Source: Actinomycetota bacterium
GTDB taxonomy: Bacteria > Actinomycetota > Acidimicrobiia > IMCC26256 > PALSA-555
DNA: 64,000 nucleotides
Reading direction: 5' to 3'
Assembly (NCBI GenBank): GCA_016870355.1
Contig: VGBR01000003.1
Coordinates: 4,653 to 68,652 of the forward strand
This document shows, in pieces, positions 48,690 through 60,077 of the stretch (position 1 is the stretch's first letter; each line of letters starts with the position of its first letter). Both the position numbers and the translations under genes were made by a program. A model generated the notes under the pieces. It had not been told where the DNA came from and made no database searches. It saw nothing but the letters and a program-made list of their open reading frames with translations.

Positions 48690-48941
48690 GTGCTCGCCGA
48701 CTACAGCGACACCGCGTACGACATCACCGAGACCCTGCACATCGTGTGCGCCATCATCGGGATCGGCGCCGTCTTCCTCAACGGCATCTACGGCCGGCAG
48801 GCCGCCTCGCGCCGTGGCAAGGAAGGGCTCGCGATCTTCCAGGCCAACTTCCTCGTGTCGAAGGTGGCGGAGTACTTCATCTACGCCATCTTCTTGTTCG
48901 GTGTGCTGATGGTGACGAAGCCTGGGCTCGGCGCGGGCTGA
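48690..48941 (+). CDS. hypothetical small membrane protein
   Basis: 83 aa with two hydrophobic helices. GAGGAGGAG just upstream of GTG 48690. Confidence 0.5.
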   Translation: MLADYSDTAYDITETLHIVCAIIGIGAVFLNGIYGRQAASRRGKEGLAIFQANFLVSKVAEYFIYAIFLFGVLMVTKPGLGAG

Positions 48942-48972
48942 CGCGCGATCGGCCGACACCCCGACGGCGCCC

Positions 48973-48978
48973 TAGCAT
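48973..48978 (+). promoter_or_regulatory. candidate -10 TAGCAT for a leaderless 48985 gene
   Basis: A TAnnnT hexamer ends 6 nt before GTG 48985, with no SD. Confidence 0.3.
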
Positions 48979-48984
48979 TGCTCC

Positions 48985-49260
48985 GTGGACTTCTACGGCG
49001 ACGTGCTTCTCGAGCTGATCACGGCCACCGGCGCGGCACTCTTCGCGGCCAACGCCTTCGCTCTGTTCAAGCGGCGCGGCGACCGTCAGCGCGCGGCACG
49101 TGAGGCCGTGCAGCGCGCGCGTCCCGGCAGTCCGGTGCGTGGACAGGTGAAGGTCGCGACCACCGGCACCCTGTCGGAGGTTCCCGTCGGTCGCAGCGTC
49201 GCGTACATGCTGCTCGGGTTGCTGGTGTTCCTCTGGGGCCTCGCGACCATCACGTCGTAA
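48985..49260 (+). CDS. hypothetical membrane protein
   Basis: 91 aa with N- and C-terminal hydrophobic helices flanking a basic loop. Confidence 0.45.
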   Translation: MDFYGDVLLELITATGAALFAANAFALFKRRGDRQRAAREAVQRARPGSPVRGQVKVATTGTLSEVPVGRSVAYMLLGLLVFLWGLATITS

Positions 49261-49270
49261 AGGAAGCTCA

Positions 49271-49918
49271 ATGACCGGACCGATTGACCCCGACGCAACT
49301 CACCCGATCGAGGGCCAGCCTGACGCAACGCTTCCCGCCGACACTCCCGCGAGCAGCGGTGCCGCCGACCGCACCTACGTCGGGAGTCCGGCCGGCGGCG
49401 GCTCCGGTGGCGGTGGGTCCGACGGCCTGTGGGACGACGAGGAAGACGATCGCCGTCGGTTGTGGTGGCTTGCTGCCGGCGCACTTGCCGCCGGAGTCAT
49501 CGTCGGCGTGATCGTTGCCTTGGTCGTGACCGGTGGTGACGACAAGAAAGAAGCCGCCACGACCACGACGTCGACCTCGACGACGACATCGTCGACCACG
49601 ACTACGACGTTGCCGCCGACCACCACGACGACCGGTGCGACGATCCCCAGCCAGGTCCTCAACCTCACCGCCTCGCCCGGTGGAGGAAGCGGCGAGGTCA
49701 GTCTCCAGTGGGACGCCGCGTCCGGCGCCACGAGCTATCGCATCTACCGCGCCGACACGATGGGCACGAGCGGAGCCCTGATTGCGACGGTCAACACCAA
49801 CGAGTACGTCGACACTCCGGGCGTGCACAAGTACTACACGGTGACCGCGGTCAACTCCGCGGGTGAGGGACCGAAGTCGGTCGAAACGTGTGGCGCGGTG
49901 GCGGGAGACCCCTGCTGA
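49271..49918 (+). CDS. membrane-anchored protein with a Thr/Ser-rich linker and a fibronectin type III-like domain
   Basis: AAGGAAG SD. TM is WWLAAGALAAGVIVGVIVALVV. poly-T/S linker. Fn3-like VLNLTASPGGGSGEVSLQWDAASGATSYRIYRAD...YYTVTAVNSAGEG. Confidence 0.7.
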   Translation: MTGPIDPDATHPIEGQPDATLPADTPASSGAADRTYVGSPAGGGSGGGGSDGLWDDEEDDRRRLWWLAAGALAAGVIVGVIVALVVTGGDDKKEAATTTTSTSTTTSSTTTTTLPPTTTTTGATIPSQVLNLTASPGGGSGEVSLQWDAASGATSYRIYRADTMGTSGALIATVNTNEYVDTPGVHKYYTVTAVNSAGEGPKSVETCGAVAGDPC

Positions 49919-49925
49919 CGCGGGG

Positions 49926-50741
49926 TTACTCCGTCACGGACCAGTGCGCGACGTAGACGGGCGCGTTGTTCTCGTCGATCACCATCGTGTGCAGGAACCC
50001 TGAGTCCAAGTCGGTCGCGTCGATGCCTTCACCTTCGCCGGGAACGGGCTCGACAGAAGCGAGCAACACCGTCTCACCGGTCTCGAGGTCCACGCGGTAG
50101 AGACCGTTGGTGGCGTCGTCGGTCATGAGCCACGCGTACCCGTCGGCGATGTCGAGACCCTGGACACGGTCCACGAACATGCTCATCGGGATCGGATCGA
50201 GCGGTGCCCAGTCATCCTCGACGTCGTACAGCAGGAGCTCCTGCCCGCTGAAGTCCATGAACGAGTAGGCGATCATCGTCTCCGGATCGAGGGCGACGAA
50301 CGAGTTCTCGTTCTGCGGCACGCGAATGAACTCGACCAACTTCAGGTTCTTGACCTTGTAGATCGCCGTGACCTGCTCACCGCGCGTGTAGTCACCCTGC
50401 TCGAGCGGCGCGTAGATGAGCTTGCCGACCACGTCGATGTCGCCGACGTGGTTGTAACCCTCGGTCTTCAGCTCGGGCGGGATCGGGTCTCGGTTCGTCT
50501 TGACTTCTTCGAAGTTCTCGTCGACCCGCGCAATCTGGAAGCGCGCGGTCATGATCCAGCCGTTCTTGATGCGCGCGATCCCCTGCGAATAGGCGGCAGA
50601 GATCTCTTCTTCAGACTCGAGCGTCGCGGCGGGCGACGCACTCGCCGGCACGTCCGAAACGAGCACCATCGCCAGCACAAAGCCAGCCAGGATCCGCCCC
50701 CGCATCCCCCGCGTCACGGCGCCGGAGACTACGCCTCTCAC
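49926..50741 (-). CDS. hypothetical secreted protein
   Basis: Signal-peptide-like MRGRILAGFVLAMVLVSDVPASA. Start at 50741 or 50705. Visibly lower GC than the surroundings. I recognise no family. Confidence 0.6.
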   Translation of the reverse strand: MRGVVSGAVTRGMRGRILAGFVLAMVLVSDVPASASPAATLESEEEISAAYSQGIARIKNGWIMTARFQIARVDENFEEVKTNRDPIPPELKTEGYNHVGDIDVVGKLIYAPLEQGDYTRGEQVTAIYKVKNLKLVEFIRVPQNENSFVALDPETMIAYSFMDFSGQELLLYDVEDDWAPLDPIPMSMFVDRVQGLDIADGYAWLMTDDATNGLYRVDLETGETVLLASVEPVPGEGEGIDATDLDSGFLHTMVIDENNAPVYVAHWSVTE

Positions 50742-50753
50742 TCGAACGATGAG

Positions 50754-50824
50754 AGCGGGTGACGGGAATCGAACCCGCGTTCTCAGCTTGGGAAGCTGAT
50801 GTTCTGCCGCTGAACTACACCCGC
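50754..50824 (-). tRNA. tRNA-Gly (anticodon CCC)
   Basis: The reverse complement reads GCGGGTGTAGTTCAGCGGCAGAACATCAGCTTCCCAAGCTGAGAACGCGGGTTCGATTCCCGTCACCCGCT. Anticodon loop TTCCCAA. Confidence 0.95.
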
Positions 50825-50921
50825 GAGGGCCACGAATCTATCGGCTGCACCCGGCCGTCTTAGGCGGGGACCCTCCGCCGTGCGGAAGGATTCGACGTAC
50901 ACGGTCACGAGGGGTGCACCG

Positions 50922-51941
50922 ATGCGTGGATCGAAGTCGGTCAGGGCCGTTGTCATCGCCGTCGTCGTCGCGACCTCGGTCGCCTCGTCGGCCTCGTGGT
51001 CGGCAGCCGGGAAGAAGTCCAACGACGCGCCGCGGATCATCATCGACACGGACCTCTCGAAGTGGTGGGACGACGCGTCGACGATCGGCATCGCGAACGT
51101 GCTCCACAACGACGGCACCATCAATCTGCTCGGCATCGTGTCGGACGTGAAGAACGACGTTGCGGTCGCGGCGCTCGACGCGCTGAACACGGCGTCTGGC
51201 AATGGGAAGATCCCGCTTGGGGCCGTCGAAGGCAGCGCAGAAGACTCGTTCGATCACGGGTACACCGACGAGCTGATTGCGCAGCTTCCACACTCGGTGA
51301 AGAGCAGCGCGGATGTGCCCGAAGCCGTTGCGCTCTACCGCAAGATCCTTGCGAAGCAGCCGAACGGCAGCGTCACGATCATCTCGCTGGGCGGGTTCAC
51401 GAACCTGGCCGGATTGCTGGAGTCGGGACCCGGTCAGGGCAGCAAGCTCGATGGGCGCGAGCTCATCGCCAAGAAGGTCGACCGTCTCGTACAGATGGAC
51501 GGCCTGTTCCCCACCGAGAACGCGCCCCCGTACACGAACCAGGAGATCGATCTTCCCGCCGCGACCGCGGTCGTCGAGGGCGACTGGCCGACGCCGATCG
51601 CGTGGGTCGATGGACTGCCCGGCATCGCCGCGAGCGTCGGCGGGACCCTGTGCACGACAAAGGACGAAGACCACCCGATGCGCGTCGTCTACGAGCTCCT
51701 CTTCGAGTGCGGTCCGCCCGGTGACGGCAATTGGGACGCGCCCGCCTTCCTGTACGCAATCGGGGATCAGCCCGAGATCTGGGAGGAGCTCGGTCAGGGC
51801 GGCTCCGCCGCGATCGCGGAAGCCGGCGGGCTGAAGTGGGTGACACCATCCGATCGTCCGGACGATCTGTTCGTCCATGTGTTCGACCAGGAGGCCCTGA
51901 ACGCCCGCATCGACGAGCTGCTCGCCGTCGACGCCAAGTAG
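50922..51941 (+). CDS. secreted nucleoside-hydrolase-like protein (IU_nuc_hydro family-like)
   Basis: Signal peptide MRGSKSVRAVVIAVVVATSVASSASWS, then PRIIIDTDLSKWWDDASTIGIANVL, which resembles the IIDTDxGxDD motif. Family call moderate. Confidence 0.7.
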   Translation: MRGSKSVRAVVIAVVVATSVASSASWSAAGKKSNDAPRIIIDTDLSKWWDDASTIGIANVLHNDGTINLLGIVSDVKNDVAVAALDALNTASGNGKIPLGAVEGSAEDSFDHGYTDELIAQLPHSVKSSADVPEAVALYRKILAKQPNGSVTIISLGGFTNLAGLLESGPGQGSKLDGRELIAKKVDRLVQMDGLFPTENAPPYTNQEIDLPAATAVVEGDWPTPIAWVDGLPGIAASVGGTLCTTKDEDHPMRVVYELLFECGPPGDGNWDAPAFLYAIGDQPEIWEELGQGGSAAIAEAGGLKWVTPSDRPDDLFVHVFDQEALNARIDELLAVDAK

Positions 51942-51971
51942 CGCGTCGCGCACCACGTAGGCTCCGCCGCC

Positions 51972-52541
51972 GTGGTGCTCTCGGACGTGACGATTCGCCA
52001 GGAGCTCGACGCGGGCCGGATCGTGATCGATCCGTTGATGGACGACGCCATCCAGCCGTCGTCCGTCGACCTGCGCATCGACCGCTTCTTCCGCGTGTTC
52101 CGGAACGACAGCACGCCGTTCATCGATCCCAAGCAGCCGCAAGAGGACCTGACCGAACTCGTCGAGGTGATCGACGATCGCGCCTTCATCCTGCATCCCA
52201 ATGAGTTCGTGCTCGCGAGCACGTTGGAGCGGGTGCAGCTGCCCGATGACATCGTCGCCCGTCTCGACGGGAAGTCGTCGCTCGCTCGCCTCGGACTGCT
52301 CACGCACGTGACGGCGGGGTTCGTGGATGCGGGTTGGGACGGGCACCTCACACTCGAGCTGTCGAACGTGGCGACGCTGCCGATCGCGCTCTACCCGGGG
52401 ATGAAGATCGGCCAGATCTCGTTCCTCCGCATGACGACCGCGGCAGAGCACCCGTACGGGTCGGGGATCGCCGGCTCCAAGTACCAAGGCCAGAAGGGCC
52501 CGACGCCGTCGCGCTACTACCTCAACTTCAAGAAGGACTGA
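51972..52541 (+). CDS. dcd: dCTP deaminase
   Basis: Reads [20 protein letters not shown]...SSVDLR...[15 protein letters not shown]. Confidence 0.93.
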   Translation: MVLSDVTIRQELDAGRIVIDPLMDDAIQPSSVDLRIDRFFRVFRNDSTPFIDPKQPQEDLTELVEVIDDRAFILHPNEFVLASTLERVQLPDDIVARLDGKSSLARLGLLTHVTAGFVDAGWDGHLTLELSNVATLPIALYPGMKIGQISFLRMTTAAEHPYGSGIAGSKYQGQKGPTPSRYYLNFKKD

Positions 52542-53178
52542 GCGGCCGGGCAGGGACGCCGGCAACCGTGACGCCGGCTTCGACGTCGCGCGTGACGACC
52601 GCGCCAGCACCAATCGTTGCGTTGGCGCCGATGACCACACGCGGCAGGATCGTTGCGCCCGCGCCCACGAAGACGTCGTCGCCGACGCCCACCTCGCCAC
52701 CCACGGTCACGCCGGGGCTGACCGTCACGTAGTTGCCAAGCACGCAGTCGTGTGCGACGGAGGCGTTCACGTTCAGGTGCGTGTGCCGACCGAGCACGAC
52801 GTTGGTCGTGAGCCGCGCGCCTGCGGCGAGCACCGAACCGGGACCGATCTCACAGCTCGAGCCCATCGAGGCATCGCCGTGAATCGCGATCGCACTCGAG
52901 CGTTCGGCGGCGGAGGCGAGCGCATCGATTCTTCTGCGAGCAGCCGGCATGCCCACGCCGATGAGGACCTCCGCGTCGATGGTCTCGAGGTCCTTGCTCG
53001 TGCCGATGATCTCGACGCCCCGACCAATCAGGTGTGGAGACTGATCGGCGCCGTCGTCGAGGAAGCCGAGTACTTCGACGGGCTCACCCGCGGCGCGCAT
53101 CGAGTCGACGATGTCGAGCAGCTCCCTCCCGTGGCCACTCACCCCGACGATGACGAGCCGTCGGTTGCCCTTGGCCAT
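52528..53178 (-). CDS. hexapeptide-repeat sugar O-acyl/N-acetyltransferase (NeuD/PglB-like)
   Basis: N-terminal Rossmann-like [17 protein letters not shown] plus C-terminal left-handed beta-helix repeats. Confidence 0.85.
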   Translation of the reverse strand: MAKGNRRLVIVGVSGHGRELLDIVDSMRAAGEPVEVLGFLDDGADQSPHLIGRGVEIIGTSKDLETIDAEVLIGVGMPAARRRIDALASAAERSSAIAIHGDASMGSSCEIGPGSVLAAGARLTTNVVLGRHTHLNVNASVAHDCVLGNYVTVSPGVTVGGEVGVGDDVFVGAGATILPRVVIGANATIGAGAVVTRDVEAGVTVAGVPARPLSPS

Positions 53179-53182
53179 GGCG

Positions 53183-55399
53183 CTACTGCGTCGACGCAGA
53201 TGTCGGTGCGGACTCGCGGGCTTCGATCGCCTCGATCAGGACTTCGGCGATGTCCTGCACCTTCACGTCCTCGTCGCGCTGCTTCTCCTTGACCCCGTCT
53301 TCCATCATCACGTAGCAGAACGGGCACGCGACCGCGATCCGTGACGCGCCGGTCGCGAGCGCCTCTTCCGAGCGCTCGGTGTTGACCTTCTTGCCGGTCC
53401 GCTCCTCCATCCACATGCGAGCGCCACCCGCGCCGCAGCACAAGCCGCGGGTGCCATTGCGGGGCATCTCGACGATGTCGATGCCGGCGAGCGAGCCGAC
53501 GACCTTGCGGGGCGCGAGGTACACGTCGTTGTGGCGACCGAGGTAGCAGGAGTCGTGGAACGTCACTCGTTCGTCGAGGCTCGCGCCGTCGAGCGAGAGC
53601 CGACCGTCGTCGAGCAGCTCCATCAGCAGCTGCGAGTGGTGCACAACGGCGTAGTTGCCACCGAGCTGCGGGTACTCGTTCTTGAGCGTGTTGAAGCAGT
53701 GCGGGCACTGCGTGACGATCTTCTTGACGCCCATCCCGTTGAGCGTCTCGATGTTCTGCATCGCCAGCATCTGGAAGATGTACTCGTTGCCCGACCGACG
53801 GGCGGGGTCGCCGGTGCAGAGCTCGCTCGGGCCGAGAATGGCGAAGTCGATGCCAGCGCGCGCCAGCAGCTTGGCCATCGCCCGGGTCGTCTTCTTGTTG
53901 CGGTCGTCGAACGAGCCGGCGCAGCCGACCCAGTAGAGGTACTCGTGGTCGAGCGCGCCGCTGCCGTCGACGACCGCGACGTCTTCGAGGCCCTTGGCCC
54001 AGTCGGCGCGCTCACCCTGGTTCATGCCGTACACGTTCGACGAGTTCTCCATCGACCGGTACGTGTTGCCGAGCTCGGTCGGGAAGTCGCTCTCCATCAA
54101 CGACAGGTAGCGACGCATGTCGAGGATCTTGTCGAGGATCTCGATGTTCACCGGACAGATCTCGTCGCACGCCTTGCACGTAGTGCACGCCCACAGCTCT
54201 TCGGACGTGACGCGTTGGAACACCGAGTTGGCGTCGATGGTGATGTCACGGTCAACGCCGACGGGTGGCGATACGGGAGGCGTCGCCGTTGCGGCCATCA
54301 CCTCGCCGACCTTCAACACGATCTCCCGAGGATCGAGCGGCTTACCCGTCGCGTGCGCGGGGCACACCGACGTACACCGCCCGCAGATCGTGCAGGCGTC
54401 GGTGCCGAACAGCTGCTTCCAGGTGAAGTCTTCGATCGTCGAGGCGCCGAACGTCTCGAGGTCGGTCTCCATCAAGTTGGGCATCGGCTTCATCGCGCCC
54501 TTGGGCCGATCCTTGTCACGCAGGTACATGTTCATCGGCGACGTGATCATGTGCCGCAGCTTCGTGGTCGGCAGCAGCACGAGGAACACCACGAACGCGA
54601 CGAAGTGCGTGATCCACATCACCCGGTGCCAGTCGACGAGCGTGCCGATGTCGGCGCCGTCCCAGAGCTCGGCGAGCCGGTACCCGACGAACGACCACTC
54701 TTCGTGCGGCTGCATGCCGTCGAGCGCGATGCGGAACCCTTCGACGAGGAAGCCCGTCACGCCGATCACGAGAAACGTCGCGAGGATCGCGGCGTCCTCG
54801 GGCTTGGTCTTGATGCGAATGCGGTACGGGCGCTGGATGTAGCGCCGGCCGATGGCCCACGCGATCCCGACCAGGAACACCACGCCGGCGAGGTCGGCGG
54901 TCGATGCGTACCCCTTGTACACGCCGCCGTGCAGGAACTTGAGCTCCTCGGGCATCTGGTGGTCGATCTCGAGGATCACGGTCGCTGCGAACAGCACGAG
55001 GAAGCCGAAGTAGATGCACGCGTGCATCGCACCGGCGGCCGGGTCGCGCAGGAGCGTCTGCATCCAGACGCCGGCGCGGAAGTCGTGCAGCCGGCGCTGG
55101 AAGTTCTTCTTCGTCGTGCGGCGGTCGTCAGGTTGGCCGCGCTCGTAGTTGCGGATGCGTTGCGACACGAGCCACGCGACCGCGATCAGCATCACGAAGA
55201 TGACGCCGTAGAACAGCCAGTACACGGCGTCGGGCACATTGCCGAACACGTGCCGACTGACGGTGGAGTCGTCTTCCCACTCGGTCAGCCGCGGGATGAT
55301 CCCCGAGGCCAGCGCGCCGAGCGCCGCGATGACACCGATCGCGAGGACGAGCTGATGCGGCTTCGGTCGGCGCACGGCCGCGAACCTACTTGTCACCAT
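53183..55399 (-). CDS. membrane-bound Fe-S oxidoreductase (NarI-like TM domain, 2x[4Fe-4S], two CCG domains; Rv0338c-like)
   Basis: Contains CTICGRCTSVCP, CTTCKACDEICP, CPHCFNTL and LCCGAGG, plus an N-terminal polytopic region. Confidence 0.85.
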   Translation of the reverse strand: MVTSRFAAVRRPKPHQLVLAIGVIAALGALASGIIPRLTEWEDDSTVSRHVFGNVPDAVYWLFYGVIFVMLIAVAWLVSQRIRNYERGQPDDRRTTKKNFQRRLHDFRAGVWMQTLLRDPAAGAMHACIYFGFLVLFAATVILEIDHQMPEELKFLHGGVYKGYASTADLAGVVFLVGIAWAIGRRYIQRPYRIRIKTKPEDAAILATFLVIGVTGFLVEGFRIALDGMQPHEEWSFVGYRLAELWDGADIGTLVDWHRVMWITHFVAFVVFLVLLPTTKLRHMITSPMNMYLRDKDRPKGAMKPMPNLMETDLETFGASTIEDFTWKQLFGTDACTICGRCTSVCPAHATGKPLDPREIVLKVGEVMAATATPPVSPPVGVDRDITIDANSVFQRVTSEELWACTTCKACDEICPVNIEILDKILDMRRYLSLMESDFPTELGNTYRSMENSSNVYGMNQGERADWAKGLEDVAVVDGSGALDHEYLYWVGCAGSFDDRNKKTTRAMAKLLARAGIDFAILGPSELCTGDPARRSGNEYIFQMLAMQNIETLNGMGVKKIVTQCPHCFNTLKNEYPQLGGNYAVVHHSQLLMELLDDGRLSLDGASLDERVTFHDSCYLGRHNDVYLAPRKVVGSLAGIDIVEMPRNGTRGLCCGAGGARMWMEERTGKKVNTERSEEALATGASRIAVACPFCYVMMEDGVKEKQRDEDVKVQDIAEVLIEAIEARESAPTSASTQ

Positions 55400-55527
55400 G
55401 TGGAACGCGGCGACTCAGCAAGACCGCGCGGCAACCGGAGCGAACGAAGTGAGCGGAGGATGCTCGCCAGGAGCGAGCGTCCGCGGCGCAGGTACCCTGC
55501 GCCGCAGCGAGCGACGCATGGTGATGA

Positions 55528-55950
55528 CTATTGAACGGCTTGGGCGTCGTAGGCGCGCAGCCGACGAGCCAGACCTGCGAGCAGCTTGTGCGCGAAGCCC
55601 GGCACCTCGTCGATGAGCGCCGCGAACTCGCGCTGACCGAGCACGACCACTTCCATCGGCGTTGCCGCGGTGATGGTGGCGTTGCGCGGCGCACGGTCGA
55701 GCAGCGCCAAGTCGCCGAAGAAGTCGCCGGGGCCAAGCGTGGCGACCTCTTGACCGTGGCGAGTGACCTTGGCGTTCCCGTCCACGATCACGAAGAACTC
55801 GGCGCCCGCGGCGCCCTCGCTCACGAGCACCTTGCCGGTGTCGACCCGGATGTCCTCTGCCCGGCGGGCGACGTGCTGGAGGTCCTTCTTGGAGCACGCT
55901 GCGAACAGCGGGACCTCAGCCAGGTGGTCAACGAACGAGTCCTTTGCCAT
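55528..55950 (-). CDS. stand-alone cyclic-nucleotide-binding domain protein
   Basis: Contains FFVIVDGNAKV...GPGDFFGDLALLDRAPRNATITA. Confidence 0.85.
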   Translation of the reverse strand: MAKDSFVDHLAEVPLFAACSKKDLQHVARRAEDIRVDTGKVLVSEGAAGAEFFVIVDGNAKVTRHGQEVATLGPGDFFGDLALLDRAPRNATITAATPMEVVVLGQREFAALIDEVPGFAHKLLAGLARRLRAYDAQAVQ

Positions 55951-56070
55951 GGCGGCGAAAATCTAGTGACTGCCTGGCTCCGGCGCCCGCGCGGAGGGCG
56001 TGACCGTGGGCACGGCCGCGGACCGGTCGAAAAGGGGGGCCGAAGGCGGAATAGCGAGACACCCAACAAA

Positions 56071-56091
56071 GTTGATACCGTCACACTCAAG
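56071..56091. promoter_or_regulatory. imperfect HAIR-like (HspR) operator upstream of dnaK
   Basis: GTTGATA-ccgtcac-ACTCAAG. The right half matches the CTTGAGT-N7-ACTCAAG consensus exactly; the left half has 3 mismatches. Lies 25 nt upstream of the dnaK ATG. Confidence 0.45.
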
Positions 56092-56115
56092 TCTTAGGAA
56101 ACCTGGAGGGACGTC

Positions 56116-57957
<1,842 letters not shown>

Positions 57958-58494
57958 ATGGGTGACGGGGCTCGCGACTCGGTCGCCGAGCCTGACGGCT
58001 CGGACGCAGAGGCCGACGTTTCGATAGAAGATGCCGAGGCGTCCGTCGAGGCGGACATCGCTGCGCTCTCTCGCGAGCGGGACGATCTGCGCGAGATGGC
58101 GCAACGCGTGCAGGCCGACTTCGAGAACTACCGCAAGCGGATGCTGCGCGAGCAGACCGAGAAGATCGAGCGCGCCAACCAGGCGCTGCTCGAGGAGCTG
58201 CTGCCCGTGCTCGACTCGTTCGACCTCGCGGTGGCCGGTCTTGCCGACGCCGACCAGAACGTGCGCAAGGGCGTCGAGCTTGTGCAGACCGAGCTGCTCG
58301 GTGTGCTGGCCAAGGGCGGGCTCGAGCGCATCGACGTGCTGGGCAAGCCGTTCGATCCGCACGAGCACGAAGCCGTCGCACAAGAAGACGGCGACGGGGA
58401 GCCCGTGGTGTTCGACGTGTTGCGCTCCGGTTACCGACTCAAGGGCCGCGTGCTCCGACCGGCAACGGTGAGGGTCACGCGCGCCGAGCAGTAA
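57958..58494 (+). CDS. grpE: nucleotide exchange factor GrpE
   Basis: Contains RVQADFENYRKR and FDPHEHEAV. ATG directly follows the dnaK TAA. Confidence 0.93.
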   Translation: MGDGARDSVAEPDGSDAEADVSIEDAEASVEADIAALSRERDDLREMAQRVQADFENYRKRMLREQTEKIERANQALLEELLPVLDSFDLAVAGLADADQNVRKGVELVQTELLGVLAKGGLERIDVLGKPFDPHEHEAVAQEDGDGEPVVFDVLRSGYRLKGRVLRPATVRVTRAEQ

Positions 58495-58581
58495 GCGGGG
58501 TGACCTGACCCAAGTGAGCGTCCGCGGAGCCGGGTATCCCGGCGGAGCAGCGAACGGGCCCGAGTGGCCGGAGCGGGACTG

Positions 58582-59730
58582 ATGGCACCCGAGCGCGAGT
58601 GGTTCGAGAAGGACTACTACGGCGTGCTCGGTCTCGAATCGAGCACGACCGACAAGGACATCCAGAAGGCGTACCGAAAGCTCGCCAAGGAGTTCCATCC
58701 CGACGCGAACGCGGGTGACGCGAAGGCCGAGGAGCGCTTCAAGGAGATCTCTGCCGCGCACGCAGTCTTGGGCGATCCCGCAAAGCGCAAGGAGTACGAC
58801 GAGGTTCGACGCATGGTCGCGAGCGGCGTCGGTCCCGGCGCTTTTGGTGGTGGCGGCGGGTTCGGCCCCGGCTTCGAAGGGATGACGTTCGACTTCGGCG
58901 ACGGTGGCGGCGGCCTCGGCGACATCCTCGGCGGGTTGTTCGGCGGCGGCGGTCGTCGGGGCCGTGGTCGCCAAGCCAACGCGCCGCAACGCGGGCACGA
59001 CCTCGAGACCGAGCTGCGCCTCGACTTCCTCGACGCGGTGCACGGTGTCGAGACGTCCGTGGCGCTCACGTCCGACGCCCCATGCTCGAAATGCCACGGC
59101 TCCGGTGCGGAGCCGGGCACCGTGCCCGAGCGGTGCGCGACGTGTGGCGGCAGCGGCGCCATCGCGGTCGACCAAGGTCCGTTCTCGGTCTCGCAGGTGT
59201 GCCCGACGTGCGCAGGACGCGGCCAGGTCGTCACTAGCCCGTGCTCGAGCTGCCGCGGCGCGGGCGTCGAGCGTCGCAAGCGCAACGTCAAGGTGCGCAT
59301 CCCGGCGGGCGTGCGCGACGGGCAGCGCATCCGCATCGCAAGACGGGGTGGTGCTGGCCGCACCGGTGGCCCGGCTGGCGACCTCTACGTGATCGTGCAC
59401 GTCGGCTCGCATCCCTTGTTCACGCGCTCGGGCGCGCGCGATCTCGCCATCACGGTGCCGGTCACGTTCTCCGAGGCCGCGCTGGGAGCGCAGGTGAAGG
59501 TGCCGACGCTCGACGCGCCGGTCACGGTGAAGGTGCCGGTGGGAACCGAGAGCGGCAAGACCGTGCGCGTTCGCGGTCGCGGCATCCAGCCATCGAAGGG
59601 CGATGCCGGCGACCTGCTCGTGAAGTTCGACGTGGTCGTGCCCAAGAAGCTCAACGCCGAGCAGCGCGCAGCAGTTGAGGCGCTCGTCGAGAAGCTCGAC
59701 GACGATCCCCGTAGTCACCTGGGAGTGTGA
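58582..59730 (+). CDS. dnaJ: molecular chaperone DnaJ
   Basis: J-domain DYYGVLGL...HPD, a G/F region, and four CxxCxGxG zinc motifs. ATG 58582 preferred over GTG 58564. Confidence 0.95.
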   Translation: MAPEREWFEKDYYGVLGLESSTTDKDIQKAYRKLAKEFHPDANAGDAKAEERFKEISAAHAVLGDPAKRKEYDEVRRMVASGVGPGAFGGGGGFGPGFEGMTFDFGDGGGGLGDILGGLFGGGGRRGRGRQANAPQRGHDLETELRLDFLDAVHGVETSVALTSDAPCSKCHGSGAEPGTVPERCATCGGSGAIAVDQGPFSVSQVCPTCAGRGQVVTSPCSSCRGAGVERRKRNVKVRIPAGVRDGQRIRIARRGGAGRTGGPAGDLYVIVHVGSHPLFTRSGARDLAITVPVTFSEAALGAQVKVPTLDAPVTVKVPVGTESGKTVRVRGRGIQPSKGDAGDLLVKFDVVVPKKLNAEQRAAVEALVEKLDDDPRSHLGV

Positions 59731-59733
59731 TCC

Positions 59734-60072
59734 ATGGCAACCCAAGGACCTGATCGCATGCAAGAGCGAGCGCTCTACATCATCTCGGTGGCCGCGGAGC
59801 TCGCGGGTGTGCACGCGCAGACGCTGCGCATCTACGAGCGCAAGGGTCTCATCGAGCCGGCGCGCACCCAGGGCGGGAGTCGGCGTTACTCAGAGCACGA
59901 CATCGCGCTGCTCCGCCGCATCCAAGAGCTCACGAACGAGGGCGTGAGCCTGATTGGCGTGCGCAAGATCCTCGAGCTCGAAGACGACCTGGCCGACGCG
60001 CTCGCACGCATCCGCAAGCTCGAAGAGATGCTCGAGCGCACCCGCGCGCGGACGCGTGGTGCGGCGAGCTAG
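59734..60072 (+). CDS. hspR: MerR-family heat-shock repressor HspR
   Basis: Contains YIISVAAELAGVHAQTLRIYERKGLIEPARTQGGSRRYS. Last gene of the dnaK operon. Confidence 0.9.
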   Translation: MATQGPDRMQERALYIISVAAELAGVHAQTLRIYERKGLIEPARTQGGSRRYSEHDIALLRRIQELTNEGVSLIGVRKILELEDDLADALARIRKLEEMLERTRARTRGAAS

Positions 60073-60077
60073 ACCAG

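Noticed and set aside
50838-55534. Long ORFs 50838..52700 (-), 53531..55534 (+) and similar (25784..27064, 27163..28332, 61350..62888)
   Set aside because: Each lies opposite a gene with strong family motifs (nucleoside hydrolase/dcd, Fe-S reductase, murJ, Rv3909-like, clpB). None shows motifs of its own.
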